Shown: positions 26,079 to 39,405, numbered from the whole stretch's first letter. The stretch is 63,961 nt of DNA, filler included, from Octopus bimaculoides (GCF_001194135.2; 8 parts of 8 records of this genome joined end to end with filler, not necessarily neighbours in it); one strand, 5' to 3'. Translations and numbers: made by a program. Notes: generated by a model from the letters alone, not told the origin.

Positions 26079-26580
26079 NNNNNNNNNNNNNNNNNNNNNN
26101 NNNNNNNNNNNNNNNNNNNNNNNNNNNNNNNNNNNNNNNNNNNNNNNNNNNNNNNNNNNNNNNNNNNNNNNNNNNNNNNNNNNNNNNNNNNNNNNNNNNN
26201 NNNNNNNNNNNNNNNNNNNNNNNNNNNNNNNNNNNNNNNNNNNNNNNNNNNNNNNNNNNNNNNNNNNNNNNNNNNNNNNNNNNNNNNNNNNNNNNNNNNN
26301 NNNNNNNNNNNNNNNNNNNNNNNNNNNNNNNNNNNNNNNNNNNNNNNNNNNNNNNNNNNNNNNNNNNNNNNNNNNNNNNNNNNNNNNNNNNNNNNNNNNN
26401 NNNNNNNNNNNNNNNNNNNNNNNNNNNNNNNNNNNNNNNNNNNNNNNNNNNNNNNNNNNNNNNNNNNNNNNNNNNNNNNNNNNNNNNNNNNNNNNNNNNN
26501 NNNNNNNNNNNNNNNNNNNNNNNNNNNNNNNNNNNNNNNNNNNNNNNNNNNNNNNNNNNNNNNNNNNNNNNNNNNNNNNN

Positions 26581-26950
26581 GTGGTAAGTAGCTTGCTTAC
26601 CAACCACTTGGTTCTGGGTTCAGTCCCACTAAGTGGCACCTTGGGCAAGTGTCTTCTACTATAGCCTCGGGCCGACCAAAGCCTTGTGAGTGGATTTGGT
26701 AGACGGAAACTGAAAGAAGTCCGTCGTATATATGTATATATATATGTATGTGTGTCTGTGTTTGAACCCCCCGCCATCGCTTGACAACCGATGCTGGTGT
26801 GTTTACGTCCTCGTAACTTAGCGGTTCGGCAAAAAGAGACCGATAGAATAAGTACTAGGCTTACAAAGAATAAGTCCTGGGGGTCGATTTGCCCGATAAA
26901 AGGCGGTGCTCCAGCATGGCCGCAGTCAAGTGACTGAAACAAGTAAAGGA
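26581..26950 (+). mobile_element. SINE family A, near-complete low-divergence copy
   Basis: Continuous head, (TA/TG) insert, body and tail ending CAGCATGGCCGCAGTCAAGTGACTGAAACAAGTAAA. Confidence 0.9.
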
Positions 26951-28806
26951 GTAAAGAGTAAGAGAGTATATATGTTTGTGTATGTTGCCATGTATGTGAA
27001 TGCGTAAGTGCACATGCATGTGTATATAGACACATATCCACAGAAACCCAGACTTAAATACATACCAAAGATAACCCAAATATTATGGATTATTTGGCAA
27101 ATGTTTCACCAATTTAATTTAGTCCGAGGTTTAAAATTTCCATGCCAAAGTTGTTTTTGTTGTTCTTATCACCCTCATTATCAAGATACGCTAATTACTT
27201 GCACTACAAAATACCTTCTGAGCTATATGAATCATATATTTATATTTAGGTGCAGGTATGGATGTGTGGTAAGATAGCTTGCTTCCCAGTCATCCACATG
27301 GTTCCGGGTTCAGTCCCACTGCATGGCACCTTGAGCAAGTGTCTTTCCCTCTAACCTTGGCCGGCCAAAGCCTTGTAAGTAGGAATCAACTTGTCTGAAG
27401 GCTGCAAAAAATATTATACTGCATGAGCTTATTGCTTTAAGAAATAAATGGGTGTCACTGTGATAAAAGCTGAGAAATATTATTTTATTTGGAAATAGAT
27501 GAAGGTTAATGACAGAAAAGGCATCCAACCATAGAGAAACTTCTTCACTGGATTCTGATCATCCCAGGAAAGCATTGGAAAAGTGGACATTAAAACAATG
27601 ATGGTGATGATGCGGAGAGAGAGAGAGAGGCAGGGGGCATGCATGAGTGTGTGAGGAAGAAGTTTTTCTTCTCAACCATGTGGTCTCAGGTTCAGTTCTC
27701 TGCAACTCCTTGGACAAGTGTCTTCTACTGACNNNNNNNNNNNNNNNNNNNNNNNNNNNNNNNNNNNNNNNNNNNNNNNNNNNNNNNNNNNNNNNNNNNN
27801 NNNNNNNNNNNNNNNNNNNNNNNNNNNNNNNNNNNNNNNNNNNNNNNNNNNNNNNNNNNNNNNNNNNNNNNNNNNNNNNNNNNNNNNNNNNNNNNNNNNN
27901 NNNNNNNNNNNNNNNNNNNNNNNNNNNNNNNNNNNNNNNNNNNNNNNNNNNNNNNNNNNNNNNNNNNNNNNNNNNNNNNNNNNNNNNNNNNNNNNNNNNN
28001 NNNNNNNNNNNNNNNNNNNNNNNNNNNNNNNNNNNNNNNNNNNNNNNNNNNNNNNNNNNNNNNNNNNNNNNNNNNNNNNNNNNNNNNNNNNNNNNNNNNN
28101 NNNNNNNNNNNNNNNNNNNNNNNNNNNNNNNNNNNNNNNNNNNNNNNNNNNNNNNNNNNNNNNNNNNNNNNNNNNNNNNNNNNNNNNNNNNNNNTAAGCA
28201 TGCTTGTGCCTAGCTGGGAATGTGTTTATCTGTGTGTGTGTGAATGTACACATGTTGATATTTTGCTTGTCGCTTTGTAAACAAAGTGATACAGATATTG
28301 ACATTTCTCGTTGACATTATGACCGATCACGCTGTACTTTCAGAGCTCGGTGGAACATTAGAATCCTTTACTTGCAAAACAACAGGAAGAGCATCCAGCC
28401 ATAAAAATCCTGCTTCAAGTAACTCCCCATCTAACCCATGCTAGCATGGGAAAAAAAAAAAACGGATGTTAAACACCTAACACACATACACATACACATT
28501 ATATACTCACTTGCGTGTACATGCTCATCTGTTTATTATCTTGCAAATGAATTTACATTAAAAAGCCACAAAGAAAATAAAACAATGAACAGTGCAAGGA
28601 AATATAAATAGGGCAAGAAGATAAGACAGACAACAGCAGAGTGATCATGTTAAATCAATATTTGTGTACTTTTTAAAGCATTTGTATTAAATATTAAGCA
28701 AACAGCATGACTGATTGATGGTAAGTAGCAGAGATTGGTGTCCTGAGCAAACAACAGGGATGAAGAAACACATGCAGACATGTACAGAAATGCACATACT
28801 TTTTCT

Positions 28807-28849
<43 letters not shown>

Positions 28850-29029
28850 GCAGGTGCTCATACATACACTCACAAATTCATGCATTCACTCAAAGACGCA
28901 CACATGCATACTCATAAAACTATTAAAACCGCTGTCACACTTGTTCACATTAACAAATGCTTCTGCTATTTGTTAATACATGCTCTCATGAATGCACACA
29001 CGTATACGTACACTTATCCAAATGCGTGC

Positions 29030-30000
29030 ACACACTCGAACACAAGTGCATGCACACTCACACTCACAAATACCCACACTCACAAATACCCACACTTACA
29101 AATGCCCACACACACACAAACAAATACCCACACTCACAAATGCCAACACACACATGCCCACTNNNNNNNNNNNNNNNNNNNNNNNNNNNNNNNNNNNNNN
29201 NNNNNNNNNNNNNNNNNNNNNNNNNNNNNNNNNNNNNNNNNNNNNNNNNNNNNNNNNNNNNNNNNNNNNNNNNNNNNNNNNNNNNNNNNNNNNNNNNNNN
29301 NNNNNNNNNNNNNNNNNNNNNNNNNNNNNNNNNNNNNNNNNNNNNNNNNNNNNNNNNNNNNNNNNNNNNNNNNNNNNNNNNNNNNNNNNNNNNNNNNNNN
29401 NNNNNNNNNNNNNNNNNNNNNNNNNNNNNNNNNNNNNNNNNNNNNNNNNNNNNNNNNNNNNNNNNNNNNNNNNNNNNNNNNNNNNNNNNNNNNNNNNNNN
29501 NNNNNNNNNNNNNNNNNNNNNNNNNNNNNNNNNNNNNNNNNNNNNNNNNNNNNNNNNNNNNNNNNNNNNNNNNNNNNNNNNNNNNNNNNNNNNNNNNNNN
29601 NNNNNNNNNNNNNNNNNNNNNNNNNNNNNNNNNNNNNNNNNNNNNNNNNNNNNNNNNNNNNNNNNNNNNNNNNNNNNNNNNNNNNNNNNNNNNNNNNNNN
29701 NNNNNNNNNNNNNNNNNNNNNNNNNNNNNNNNNNNNNNNNNNNNNNNNNNNNNNNNNNNNNNNNNNNNNNNNNNNNNNNNNNNNNNNNNNNNNNNNNNNN
29801 NNNNNNNNNNNNNNNAACACAAGTGCATGCACACTCACACTCACAAATACCCACACTCACAAATACCCACACTTACAAATGCCCACACACACATGCCCAC
29901 ACTCACACTCACAAATACCCACACTTACAAATGCCCACACTCACACACATGCCCACACTCACACAAATACCCACACTTACAAATTCCCACACTTATGCAC
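29030..30000 (+). repeat. (CA)-derived minisatellite spanning a gap
   Basis: Units such as CACACTCACAAATACC and CACACTTACAAATGCC. The block AACACAAGTGCATGCACACTCACACTCACAAATACCC occurs on both sides of the 29163-29815 gap. Confidence 0.8.
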
Positions 30001-30404
30001 ACAACTGCCTACACTCACACACACACACACACACGTCCACACAACACGCACTCACATTCATAACTGCAGACATTCAAAAAGAGACCATCTCACTCGCTGA
30101 CACTAACAAATGCTTACATTCTCACACATACACTCATTTCTGCCCACACTCACACACATGCTATTTATAATCATCACGGCTTTTGCCAGTGATGTGTATA
30201 TAAACATTTGTATTTATCATCTTTTGTTTTGAGTCTCTCAATGCCTGAATCCAAAGGCCTGGAAGCTAACGAAAGACAGCGAGTACACCTACATGGCAGC
30301 ACAGACTTCTAGAAATAACAACCAAATCCCTCTCAAAGTACACAAGACAAAAATGGAAATGGCAGGATACATTGGACAATGTAACCCTAGTTGTACAAGT
30401 TATA

Positions 30405-30780
30405 GGCGCAGGTGTGGCTGTGTGGTGAGAAGCTTGTTTCACAACCCCATGGTCCTTAGGCAAGTTTATTCACAACCAAAGCCTTGTGAGTGGGTTCGGG
30501 AGATAGAAACTGAAAGAATGCCCTCCTGTGTGTGTGTGTGTGTGTGTGTGTGTAAGTGATGATGGGGACAAACCCAGACTCGAAGGCACACACACACACA
30601 CACACACACACACGACAGGCTTCTACTAGTTTCTTTCTACCAAATCCACTCTGAAGGCTTTGGTCAGTCTGGGGCCATAGTAGAAGACAGTTGCCCAAGA
30701 TGCCATACAGTGAGACTGAACACGGAACTGTGTAGTTGGGAAGCAGGCTTCCTACCACACAACCACACCTACACCTGCGC
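30405..30780. mobile_element. Two diverged SINE family A heads in opposite orientation
   Basis: About 30405-30540 (+) and 30570-30780 (-). Confidence 0.65.
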
Positions 30781-31985
30781 CTATTATAAGAGAAACTTTG
30801 GGCAAGTCTTTTAGATTGGTTGCTGCCCATAATACAAACTGCCAGAGGGTTACATCAGGTGGACCATGTGTCTTTACGATACTCAGCCACTCATGCAGTA
30901 ATTCCATGGGCAGCACACCAATTGACTGAACACACAAACATGGAGTAGTCCTGGAATAAGTCACTCTCTTTGAATAATGGAGCATGCTTGAAATAGTCGT
31001 CTCCTTGCTTATCCAAATGCACTCACTCACTCTCTGTCCTCTCTCAGTCTATCTGCCTATCTATGTATCTATCCATCTGTTTATGTCTGTTGATCTATGT
31101 GTCTGTTACCTGTGTACTTATTTACCTTTATATACATATATATACACACACACACACACATGTGTGTATATATACATATATATACACACACACACACACA
31201 CACGTGTGTGTGTGTGTGTGTGTGTGTGTATGTTTGTGGCCAAACACACTAAATTCTCTAATTTTCTACCTATTTATTATCTACGTGAATATATGTGGTG
31301 TTTATGTATGTGTATACGCATGCGTGAATGTATGTCTAGGTATGTATATGCATGTATATATGTTTGTGTGCAAGTATTTATTTATTATATATATATATAT
31401 ATATATATTTACATATATGCTCACAAACACATATATCTATATGTTAAGGCTTGGTCTGATGTATATTAATTAGCCAGGATTGTTCAGAATCCACATCTGA
31501 ATACATTAAGTACATACGAGAACGTAAACACACTGAAACACCAAAGGGTGAGAAAGGAAATAAGGAAAGGAAAAAAAATAAAGCAAAGAAAACAAAATTA
31601 ACAAAAGATAAGAAAAAAAAATGCAGGTTAAAAAGAAAAACAAAGAAGGCTACATCAAATGTACCCTGGACTTACCCCACACTTTCCCGTTACCTTCCTA
31701 CCCCCCCCGATACCATTCTTTTCTTTTGTCGTTGCATAACATAACCAACAGAATTATTTGAGTGATTATTAACCTATAAGTTTACGAATGGAAACAAAAG
31801 CAGAACTTTTCTTTAGACATGTGGTAAACATGTGGATCTATTAAATATTGCTGGTCACCGATAAAATCCTAGAATGGCCAATCGGTGTCCTTAATTGAAA
31901 TGGCTTACTGTTAACTAGGAGAGGGGGGGGGGGGTAAGTAAATAAGCACGGCCATGGTTAGAGGGTAAGGTGATTGCTTCGGTTA

Positions 31986-32316
31986 TAGCCCCTGGCCAGC
32001 CAAATCGAATCAAGTGGTCCTGGTTCAGTTTGGACATTACTCTGACTATGGCAGCTTTCAAAGAATCTTTGGTGCTATGGACATGTTCATTGACCTCTCT
32101 CTCAACAACGCTCCACATGTAATAGTCCAATGGATTGAGATCTGAGGAATTAGGAGGCCAAATATTAGGGGTTATGTGATCATGAAAATTTTCAGCCATC
32201 CATTCCTGTGTTACTAGAACCATGTGTGATAGTGCAGAGTCTTACTGAAACACATATGGCTTTCCATTGCTTACACTATCTCTCCAGGGCTTAACAATTA
32301 TTTCCAGGACCTCAAT
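31986..32316 (-). pseudogene. maT-like (DD37D) transposase fragment
   Basis: IEVLEIIVKPWRDSVSNGKPYVFQ*DSALSHM...WPPNSSDLNPLDYYMWSVVE. There are exactly 37 residues between the second and third Asp, with an in-frame TAA. A gap truncates the fragment. Confidence 0.85.
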
Positions 32317-33669
32317 GNNNNNNNNNNNNNNNNNNNNNNNNNNNNNNNNNNNNNNNNNNNNNNNNNNNNNNNNNNNNNNNNNNNNNNNNNNNNNNNNNNN
32401 NNNNNNNNNNNNNNNNNNNNNNNNNNNNNNNNNNNNNNNNNNNNNNNNNNNNNNNNNNNNNNNNNNNNNNNNNNNNNNNNNNNNNNNNNNNNNNNNNNNN
32501 NNNNNNNNNNNNNNNNNNNNNNNNNNNNNNNNNNNNNNNNNNNNNNNNNNNNNNNNNNNNNNNNNNNNNNNNNNNNNNNNNNNNNNNNNNNNNNNNNNNN
32601 NNNNNNNNNNNNNNNNNNNNNNNNNNNNNNNNNNNNNNNNNNNNNNNNNNNNNNNNNNNNNNNNNNNNNNNNNNNNNNNNNNNNNNNNNNNNNNNNNNNN
32701 NNNNNNNNNNNNNNNNNNNNNNNNNNNNNNNNNNNNNNNNNNNNNNNNNNNNNNNNNNNNNNNNNNNNNNNNNNNNNNNNNNNNNNNNNNNNNNNNNNNN
32801 NNNNNNNNNNNNNNNNNNNNNNNNNNNNNNNNNNNNNNNNNNNNNNNNNNNNNNNNNNNNNNNNNNNNNNNNNNNNNNNNNNNNNNNNNNNNNNNNNNNN
32901 NNNNNNNNNNNNNNNNNNNNNNNNNNNNNNNNNNNNNNNNNNNNNNNNNNNNNNNNNNNNNNNNNNNNNNNNNNNNNNNNNNNNNNNNNNNNNNNNNNNN
33001 NNNNNNNNNNNNNNNNNNNNNNNNNNNNNNNNNNNNNNNNNNNNNNNNNNNNNNNNNNNNNNNNNNNNNNNNNNNNNNNNNNNNATAAAAGAATTCTTTT
33101 TTTTTTTTCTTTAATTAAAATATTTAATTTTAAATAGCATCTTTATTTCTCTATGATTCCTAATTCATTCCGTGTGGATTTCACTCATAATTCCAATGTT
33201 TGGTTTTTGTGCCCTTTCTGGTTTTTTTCTTCTTTTTTTTAACTTTCCCTGTTTGCTTCTAGATTACAACAAAACTATTTGTCGATTACAGTATTCTAAC
33301 CTTTCGTAACAATTACGTCTAAATAGTCTCAAATTTTCAAAAGAGAAAATAAAAAATATTTTTTAAAAAAATTGTTTTAATATCATTAGCTTTTGTAATC
33401 AAATTTCTTGTGATAATTCAATTTTACTTGTGTGTTCTTTCTTTCTCTCTCTCTTTCTTTCTTACCCCTTCTTTCTCTCGCTCACTGTCTTTCTCTCTTT
33501 TTCTTAATTAAATTCCCTTGTTATTTAATTGGTTTTCTGTCAAACTTACTTTTGAGGGTTTCATAAATAACAAATTAATATTTTTTAAAAAAGTACTTGA
33601 TGAACTAGCATTGGTTGATCTTTAAATAATTATAATAACAATAATAATAATAATGATAATAATAATAAT

Positions 33670-33990
33670 CCTTTCTACTATAGGTACAAGGCTTGAAATT
33701 GTGTGGGGAGGGAGATGGTGGGAGCTAGTCAATTACATCCCCCCACTCCCACCCCAAGTGCTCAGCTGGTGTTTATGTTATTGACCACAAAAATATGAAA
33801 GCAAAGTCGACCTAGGTGGAATTTGAACTCAGAACGTAAAGCGCTGGGAGAAATGTTGCTACGCATTTAGTCCATAGTGTGCCACATGCCTCAAACATTG
33901 ATGCAATCACAGAGCAATGTAAAATAAAGTGTTTTGCTCAAGAACACAATACACAGGTCGGTCCAGTAATCAGAAACACAACCTTGTAAT
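33670..33990 (-). mobile_element. SINE family C copy followed by another SINE head fragment
   Basis: CCTTTCTACTATAGGTACAAGG...GCAAAGTCGACCTAGGTGGAATTTGAACTCAGAACG, then GTGTTTTGCTCAAGAACAC. Confidence 0.7.
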
Positions 33991-34012
33991 CCTGAGTACA
34001 AAAACTTAGCCA

Positions 34013-34047
<35 letters not shown>

Positions 34048-34942
34048 GTATTCGTAATGGATATTCAATGATTGATGACAGCTTTTATATATATATATAT
34101 ATATATATACATATATAAAATGGATTCAAACACAGATGTTATCCAAATCATTTATACTTCCAACATATGTTTCGAAGAAAGCATTGAGATTATTCTGGAG
34201 GAAATAAAAAGTAGGCTGTAATATCCTTGGCCCTTACGTGAATTTTGCCCAAGCTAAAGAGGTAAATGTCTTGTTGCTCAGCTTAGAAACTGGTGAAGAT
34301 TGGTGACAAGATCAACCTGCATTTGAAAAATCTGCATCAAAGAATTTTGTCTCACCTTATTCGAGCACAGAAAATATGATGTTAAAACAATGAAGATATG
34401 ATGATTGTGTTTGTGTGTGTGTACATGCTGTTTTGTATAAGGCTTTTAGTGTCTGTCTGTGTGTCATGAAAATAAATCCACCTTCTTTAGTATAGAAGCG
34501 CTAGTAGGTTTTACTTCTTAAAGGTTGAAGTGACACCACCACCACCACCACCACTACTACTACTACTGCCATCTCCACCACCACCACTACTACTATTATT
34601 GCTACCACTATTTCTATTCCTGCTCCTACCACCACCACCACTTCTACTACAATGACGATGATGTCGGTGGCGGTGGTAGTGGTGGTGGTATTGTTCAAAA
34701 CCAGATTCAAAAGAGTAACATCCCTAAAGAATTTGATAAATGGGGGGCAGAGGCTATGACAAAGCAACCCCAAAGTGCCCCCACGGGGCTGGCAATGGTA
34801 CCGTTCACAAAGACATTATCTGCAAACAGGCAAGCAAATCGCTTACAGAATCATGGAACGAAACGAATGGTTTTCGTATTGACTGAAACGGCTTCAATTG
34901 AACATCTCAACCTAATGGCTGCAGAGCATTGATCTCTCTTCC

Positions 34943-35042
34943 NNNNNNNNNNNNNNNNNNNNNNNNNNNNNNNNNNNNNNNNNNNNTTAATTAATTAANN
35001 NNNNNNNNNNNNNNNNNNNNNNNNNNNNNNNNNNNNNNNNNN
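34943..35042. other. Artificial scaffold-joining spacer 2
   Basis: 44 N + TTAATTAATTAA (34987-34998) + 44 N. Confidence 0.95.
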
Positions 35043-35094
<52 letters not shown>

Positions 35095-35441
35095 ATGTAT
35101 ATATACACATGTATACATACAAACACACACAGACATAGATATATAATAGAAATGTGTGTGTGTGCATGTGTTTGTGTGTGTGTGCGTGCGTGCGTGTGTG
35201 TGTGTGCGTGTGTGTATCTGACAATGCAGCAGAAGCATTATCTTGCTTGGAAACAGGTGAAGGTTGGTGACTGGAAAGGCATGCAGCTATAGAAAATCTA
35301 GAAAATCTGCTTGAATGAGTTCTCCTTGGCCCATGCAGTCAAGCATGAAAAAGTGGATGTTAAATAGTGATACCTACATATATACAACCGTACACCCACA
35401 GACTATATATATAGATACATATATGTACACACACACACAGA

Positions 35442-35481
<40 letters not shown>

Positions 35482-36205
35482 ATATATATATATATATATA
35501 CATACATACACATACGCACACAGATGCATGCATAATATACAAATATGTATATCTTTATGTATATTTAATTACAGTTTAAAACTATTTTTGAACCACTATA
35601 ATTGTTATCGTCATGATGATGATGATGATCATCATCATCATCATGATGTTTATATTCCTCAGCAGCAGCATCATCGTCATATTACCACAACTATCATCAT
35701 TATACCTGTCAGTTTCTTTAGCGGAAGACAACCAGCTGATACCAGAAGAAAACTTCCTGCCTCATCAGATCTACTGTACCTGTTCTTACCTGTTTATAGA
35801 CAGGCATGTATCACTGGCTTTGTGCCAGTTGTTCTTGCTGCACATCGACAAGTATTTGATTCACTGCACACTAATGCCTTTTGCATATACATACGTACAT
35901 ACATACATACATATATATATATATATANNNNNNNNNNNNNNNNNNNNNNNNNNNNNNNNNNNNNNNNNNNNNNNNNNNNNNNNNNNNNNNNNNNNNNNNN
36001 NNNNNNNNNNNNNNNNNNNNNNNNNNNNNNNNNNNNNNNNNNNNNNNNNNNNNNNNNNNNNNNNNNNNNNNNNNNNNNNNNNNNNNNNNNNNNNNNNNNN
36101 NNNNNNNNNNNNNNNNNNNNNNNNNNNNNNNNNNNNNNNNNNNNNNNNNNNNNNNNNNNNNNNNNNNNNNNNNNNNNNNNNNNNNNNNNNNNNNNNNNNN
36201 NNTCT

Positions 36206-36242
<37 letters not shown>

Positions 36243-36314
36243 GAGGGAGAGAAAGAGAGAGTAGATAGACAGATATACAGATAGATAGATAAATAGATAT
36301 ACAGATAGATATAC

Positions 36315-36349
<35 letters not shown>

Positions 36350-36354
36350 AGACG

Positions 36355-36890
36355 GTGAGCTGGCAGAATTGTTAAAATGCTGGGCGAAATGCCTAGCAGT
36401 ATCTCATCTGTCGTTTTGTTCTGAATTCAAATTCCGCCGAGGTCGACTTTGCCTTTCATCCTTTCGGGCTCGATAAATTAAGTAACAGTTACGCTCTGGG
36501 GGTCGATGTAATCGACTTAATCCCTTTGTCTGTCCTTGTTTGTCCCCTCTGTGTTTAGCCCCTTGTGTGCAATAAAGAAATAAGATAGATGGATAGTGGC
36601 ACCCTGGGTATGTGTCCTTTACTATAGCGTTGGGCCAGCCAAAGCCTGGCGAGTGTATTTGGTAGACGGAAAGTGAAAGAAGCCTGTTGTATATGTGTGT
36701 GTGTGCGTGTGTGTGTGTGTGTGTGTACACATCTGTGTTTGTAACTTTGCCATTGCTTTACAATCAATGCTGATGTGTTTGTGTCTCCGTAACTTTGCGG
36801 TACAGTAAAAGGTGCTGATAGAATAAGTAGGCTTCGAAAAATAAGTCTTAGGATCGAGGCAGTGCCCCAGGATGGCTTCACTCAAATCAC
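36355..36890 (+). mobile_element. SINE family C copy followed by a SINE family A copy
   Basis: GAGCTGGCAGAATTGTTA...GAATTCAAATTCCGCCGAGGTCGACTTTGCCTTTCATCC to about 36590, then the family A body and tail. Confidence 0.8.
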
Positions 36891-36959
36891 TGAGAAAAGT
36901 ACAAGGATAAAAGAACATATACATACATATGTAAAAGCAGCCATAGAAGTACCCTTGCA

Positions 36960-37175
36960 GTGCAATGTATAAGCACCCGTGTGGTGCTACGCAAAAGCAC
37001 CCAGCACATTCTGTAAAGGGGTTGGTGTTAGGAAGGGCTTCCAACTGTAGAAATGATGCCAAATCAGACTGGAGCCTGGCACCCTACCTCCACCAGCTTG
37101 TCATCTCTGTTCTAACCGTCCAACCCAAGCCAGCATGGACAATGGGTGTTAAATGATGATCATGATGATGATGTA
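36960..37175 (+). mobile_element. RTE-type 3' tail ending in (GAT)n
   Basis: GGTTGGTGTTAGGAAGGGCTTCCAACTGTAGAAA...CCGTCCAACCCAAGCCAGCATGGAC...TAAATGATGATCATGATGATG. Confidence 0.65.
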
Positions 37176-37272
37176 ATTCTAGCATTACATTTATTTTCTT
37201 TCCTTTTTTTTGTTTTTAAACTCGTCAACCTAAAAATATACAAGAATAAACATTGAAATATATTAGCATAAT

Positions 37273-37510
37273 TAACCTTTTTTTTTTTTTTGTCATGAAA
37301 CTGCCTGAGACCACCTCCTGCTTCCATGATATAAAACTTCCTGTTTTACAGTGATCTAAATTAAAGTCTCTCATCAAAATACCATGTTAATTTATGTTCC
37401 AAACAGCTTAATAATAAGACAGTTATTTTACTAAACTCTTCATTATTTTCAATATTAATTGAAGCATACACAACATATTCCAACAGAAATACAGTAGCAT
37501 AAAGGTCAAT
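37273..37510. mobile_element. Probable degenerate TTAA-type MITE
   Basis: Begins TTAACCTTT and ends AAAGGTCAA, a degenerate inverted terminus. The interior is AT-rich and non-coding. Confidence 0.4.
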
Positions 37511-37895
37511 TTATTAAAGTATTAATTTATTAATACAAATTAATAGATCAAAGTGTATACTTCAAACTGGTATATTACATGAATATACCATATTTTCCAG
37601 CGTACAAGTAGATATCGCAGACCAAAATTTAAAGTCACAAAATGTCGGTCAGCTTATACACCGAGATGACTTTGGAGGCCCCAAAATTCCACATGAAATG
37701 CAGCAAGGGTTTGGAAAGATAATGATGGTATTTGAAGGTTTACACTGTAATATAGAGGTCCTCAACAATTTGTTTTTATCCATTGATACTCGGTGTTGGT
37801 TTGTTTACATTTCCGTAAACCAGCAATACGGCGAGAAATCAGGAGAATAAGTACCAGCAAAAACTAAGTACCGGGGGTAATTTGATTGACTAAAC

Positions 37896-38150
37896 CAGGG
37901 GTTTCTCAACCATTTTTTATCTATGGACCCTTTTGATTACTATTTTATTCTGGCAGACCCCAATAGACATTCAGTGTTTAAAAACTAGTTTTGTAGACTT
38001 CGTTCAAAATCCTTATTTTGTTCTTCACAGATTAACTCGTGTAGGTTGAACTATGTAAAATGTTAGAGAAAGGGACCTCGCTGTTTCTTACAATACCTAC
38101 CAATACATATATCTAAAGCAAAACTTTTTCTGGGACCCTCGAAATACTAT
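37896..38150 (+). mobile_element. hAT/Charlie-like non-autonomous element, left end
   Basis: CAGGGGTTTCTCAACC resembles hAT-Charlie TIRs. No matching right TIR was seen. Confidence 0.45.
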
Positions 38151-38199
38151 TGTTGATCCCTAATTTACTATTTTGTTATGTGGAACCCCCCCAAAAATC

Positions 38200-38497
38200 T
38201 TATATGGTCTCACAGGAGAAACTGCTCCGTCTTCTTATTACAAGTCTTTCTCTGATGAATCTTCTAGCCCTTATTTTTCAAGCACCATCCGGAGTATTCA
38301 AGCGGTTCCAAGCAGTGCTGTTTTCTGCAAGTGCTCCACCCTTATTACAGCCCCTATTTTTCCCACATACTTCTCAGGATTTTTGCTCACTGTTCCCAGG
38401 GCTCCGACAGTTATTGGTACCACTACCACCTTTTTCATCGACCACAACTGCTTAACCTCCCAAGCTAACCTGTTACATCTATCGACTTTTCTTCCTT
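38200..38497 (-). mobile_element. 5'-truncated R4/Dong-like LINE 3' end
   Basis: KVDRCNRLAWEVKQLWSMKKVVVVPITVGALGTV...LQKTALLGTA*ILRMVLEK* is typical of the RLE C-terminus. It abuts an (ATT)n tract. Confidence 0.8.
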
Positions 38498-38518
38498 TTA
38501 TTATTATCATTACCATTA

Positions 38519-38556
<38 letters not shown>

Positions 38557-39405
38557 AATAATAATATTAGTATCATCAAATGGTCATCAAAGAGTGAAGG
38601 ATCGTAGTTTGCAGAATTCCATTTTATGTCTAAAACCGTTGAAGCCAAGTTTAGCTTTTATCCTTCCATGAACATTATAATAGTACACCAATGTATCACA
38701 GAGTTCAATTTATACCCTTCTTGCCACACCGGCACCACCCCCAAATCACCTCAAACTACATCTACCTCATAAGAAAAAAAAAAAAAAAACTTGTGACATT
38801 TGACCTGTTTTCGAAATTATTCTAATTGCCAATGATATTGTTATTGTTGATGTTGTTGTCGATGTTTGTGTTCCTGTTGCAGTTATTTGCTGATGTTGTG
38901 CTTCGTGGGAACGACTCTCTTTCTAAACGCGCAGCTGTCTGGCCTGCCTGCCTGCCTGCCTGCATCACAAAGTGCATCTTATACCTATACAGACACACTC
39001 ATTTCCATATGCACATTCACACACACACACACACACCTACACAGATCTATGTATATATATGTAGATATATATATATGCACACATACATTGACGCTCTGTA
39101 TTAGAAATCAATATCACCGACATCAAAAGAAGATTAACAAGCAAACAATAATAATAATAAGAAGAAGAACAACAACAACAAGACCAACAATAGTAATGCA
39201 CCGCACCTCCTCACCTCCTCCGCCACTCACGCACACCAACATAGCATCATCGTTTTTTTTTTTTATTATATATATTTATATGTTGGGTTCTTTGTTTCTG
39301 TTTTATCATGTTTCTAGGTCAACGTAGTGAATAAAATGGATACAGAAAGGAATCAGAAGATGATATTACCCAGAATTCAATGTTGCATTGCACTCCTTTT
39401 TTTTC

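Noticed and set aside
31475-31547. Possible exon DCSESTSEYIKYIRERKHTETPK with a GTGAGA donor
   Set aside because: No pyrimidine tract at the acceptor and no homology. It is within chance expectation.
35718-35862. Possible exon EDNQLIPEENFLPHQIYCTC... (+), or minus-strand donors
   Set aside because: The splice signals conflict: the + strand donor is weak and the minus strand has no acceptor tract.
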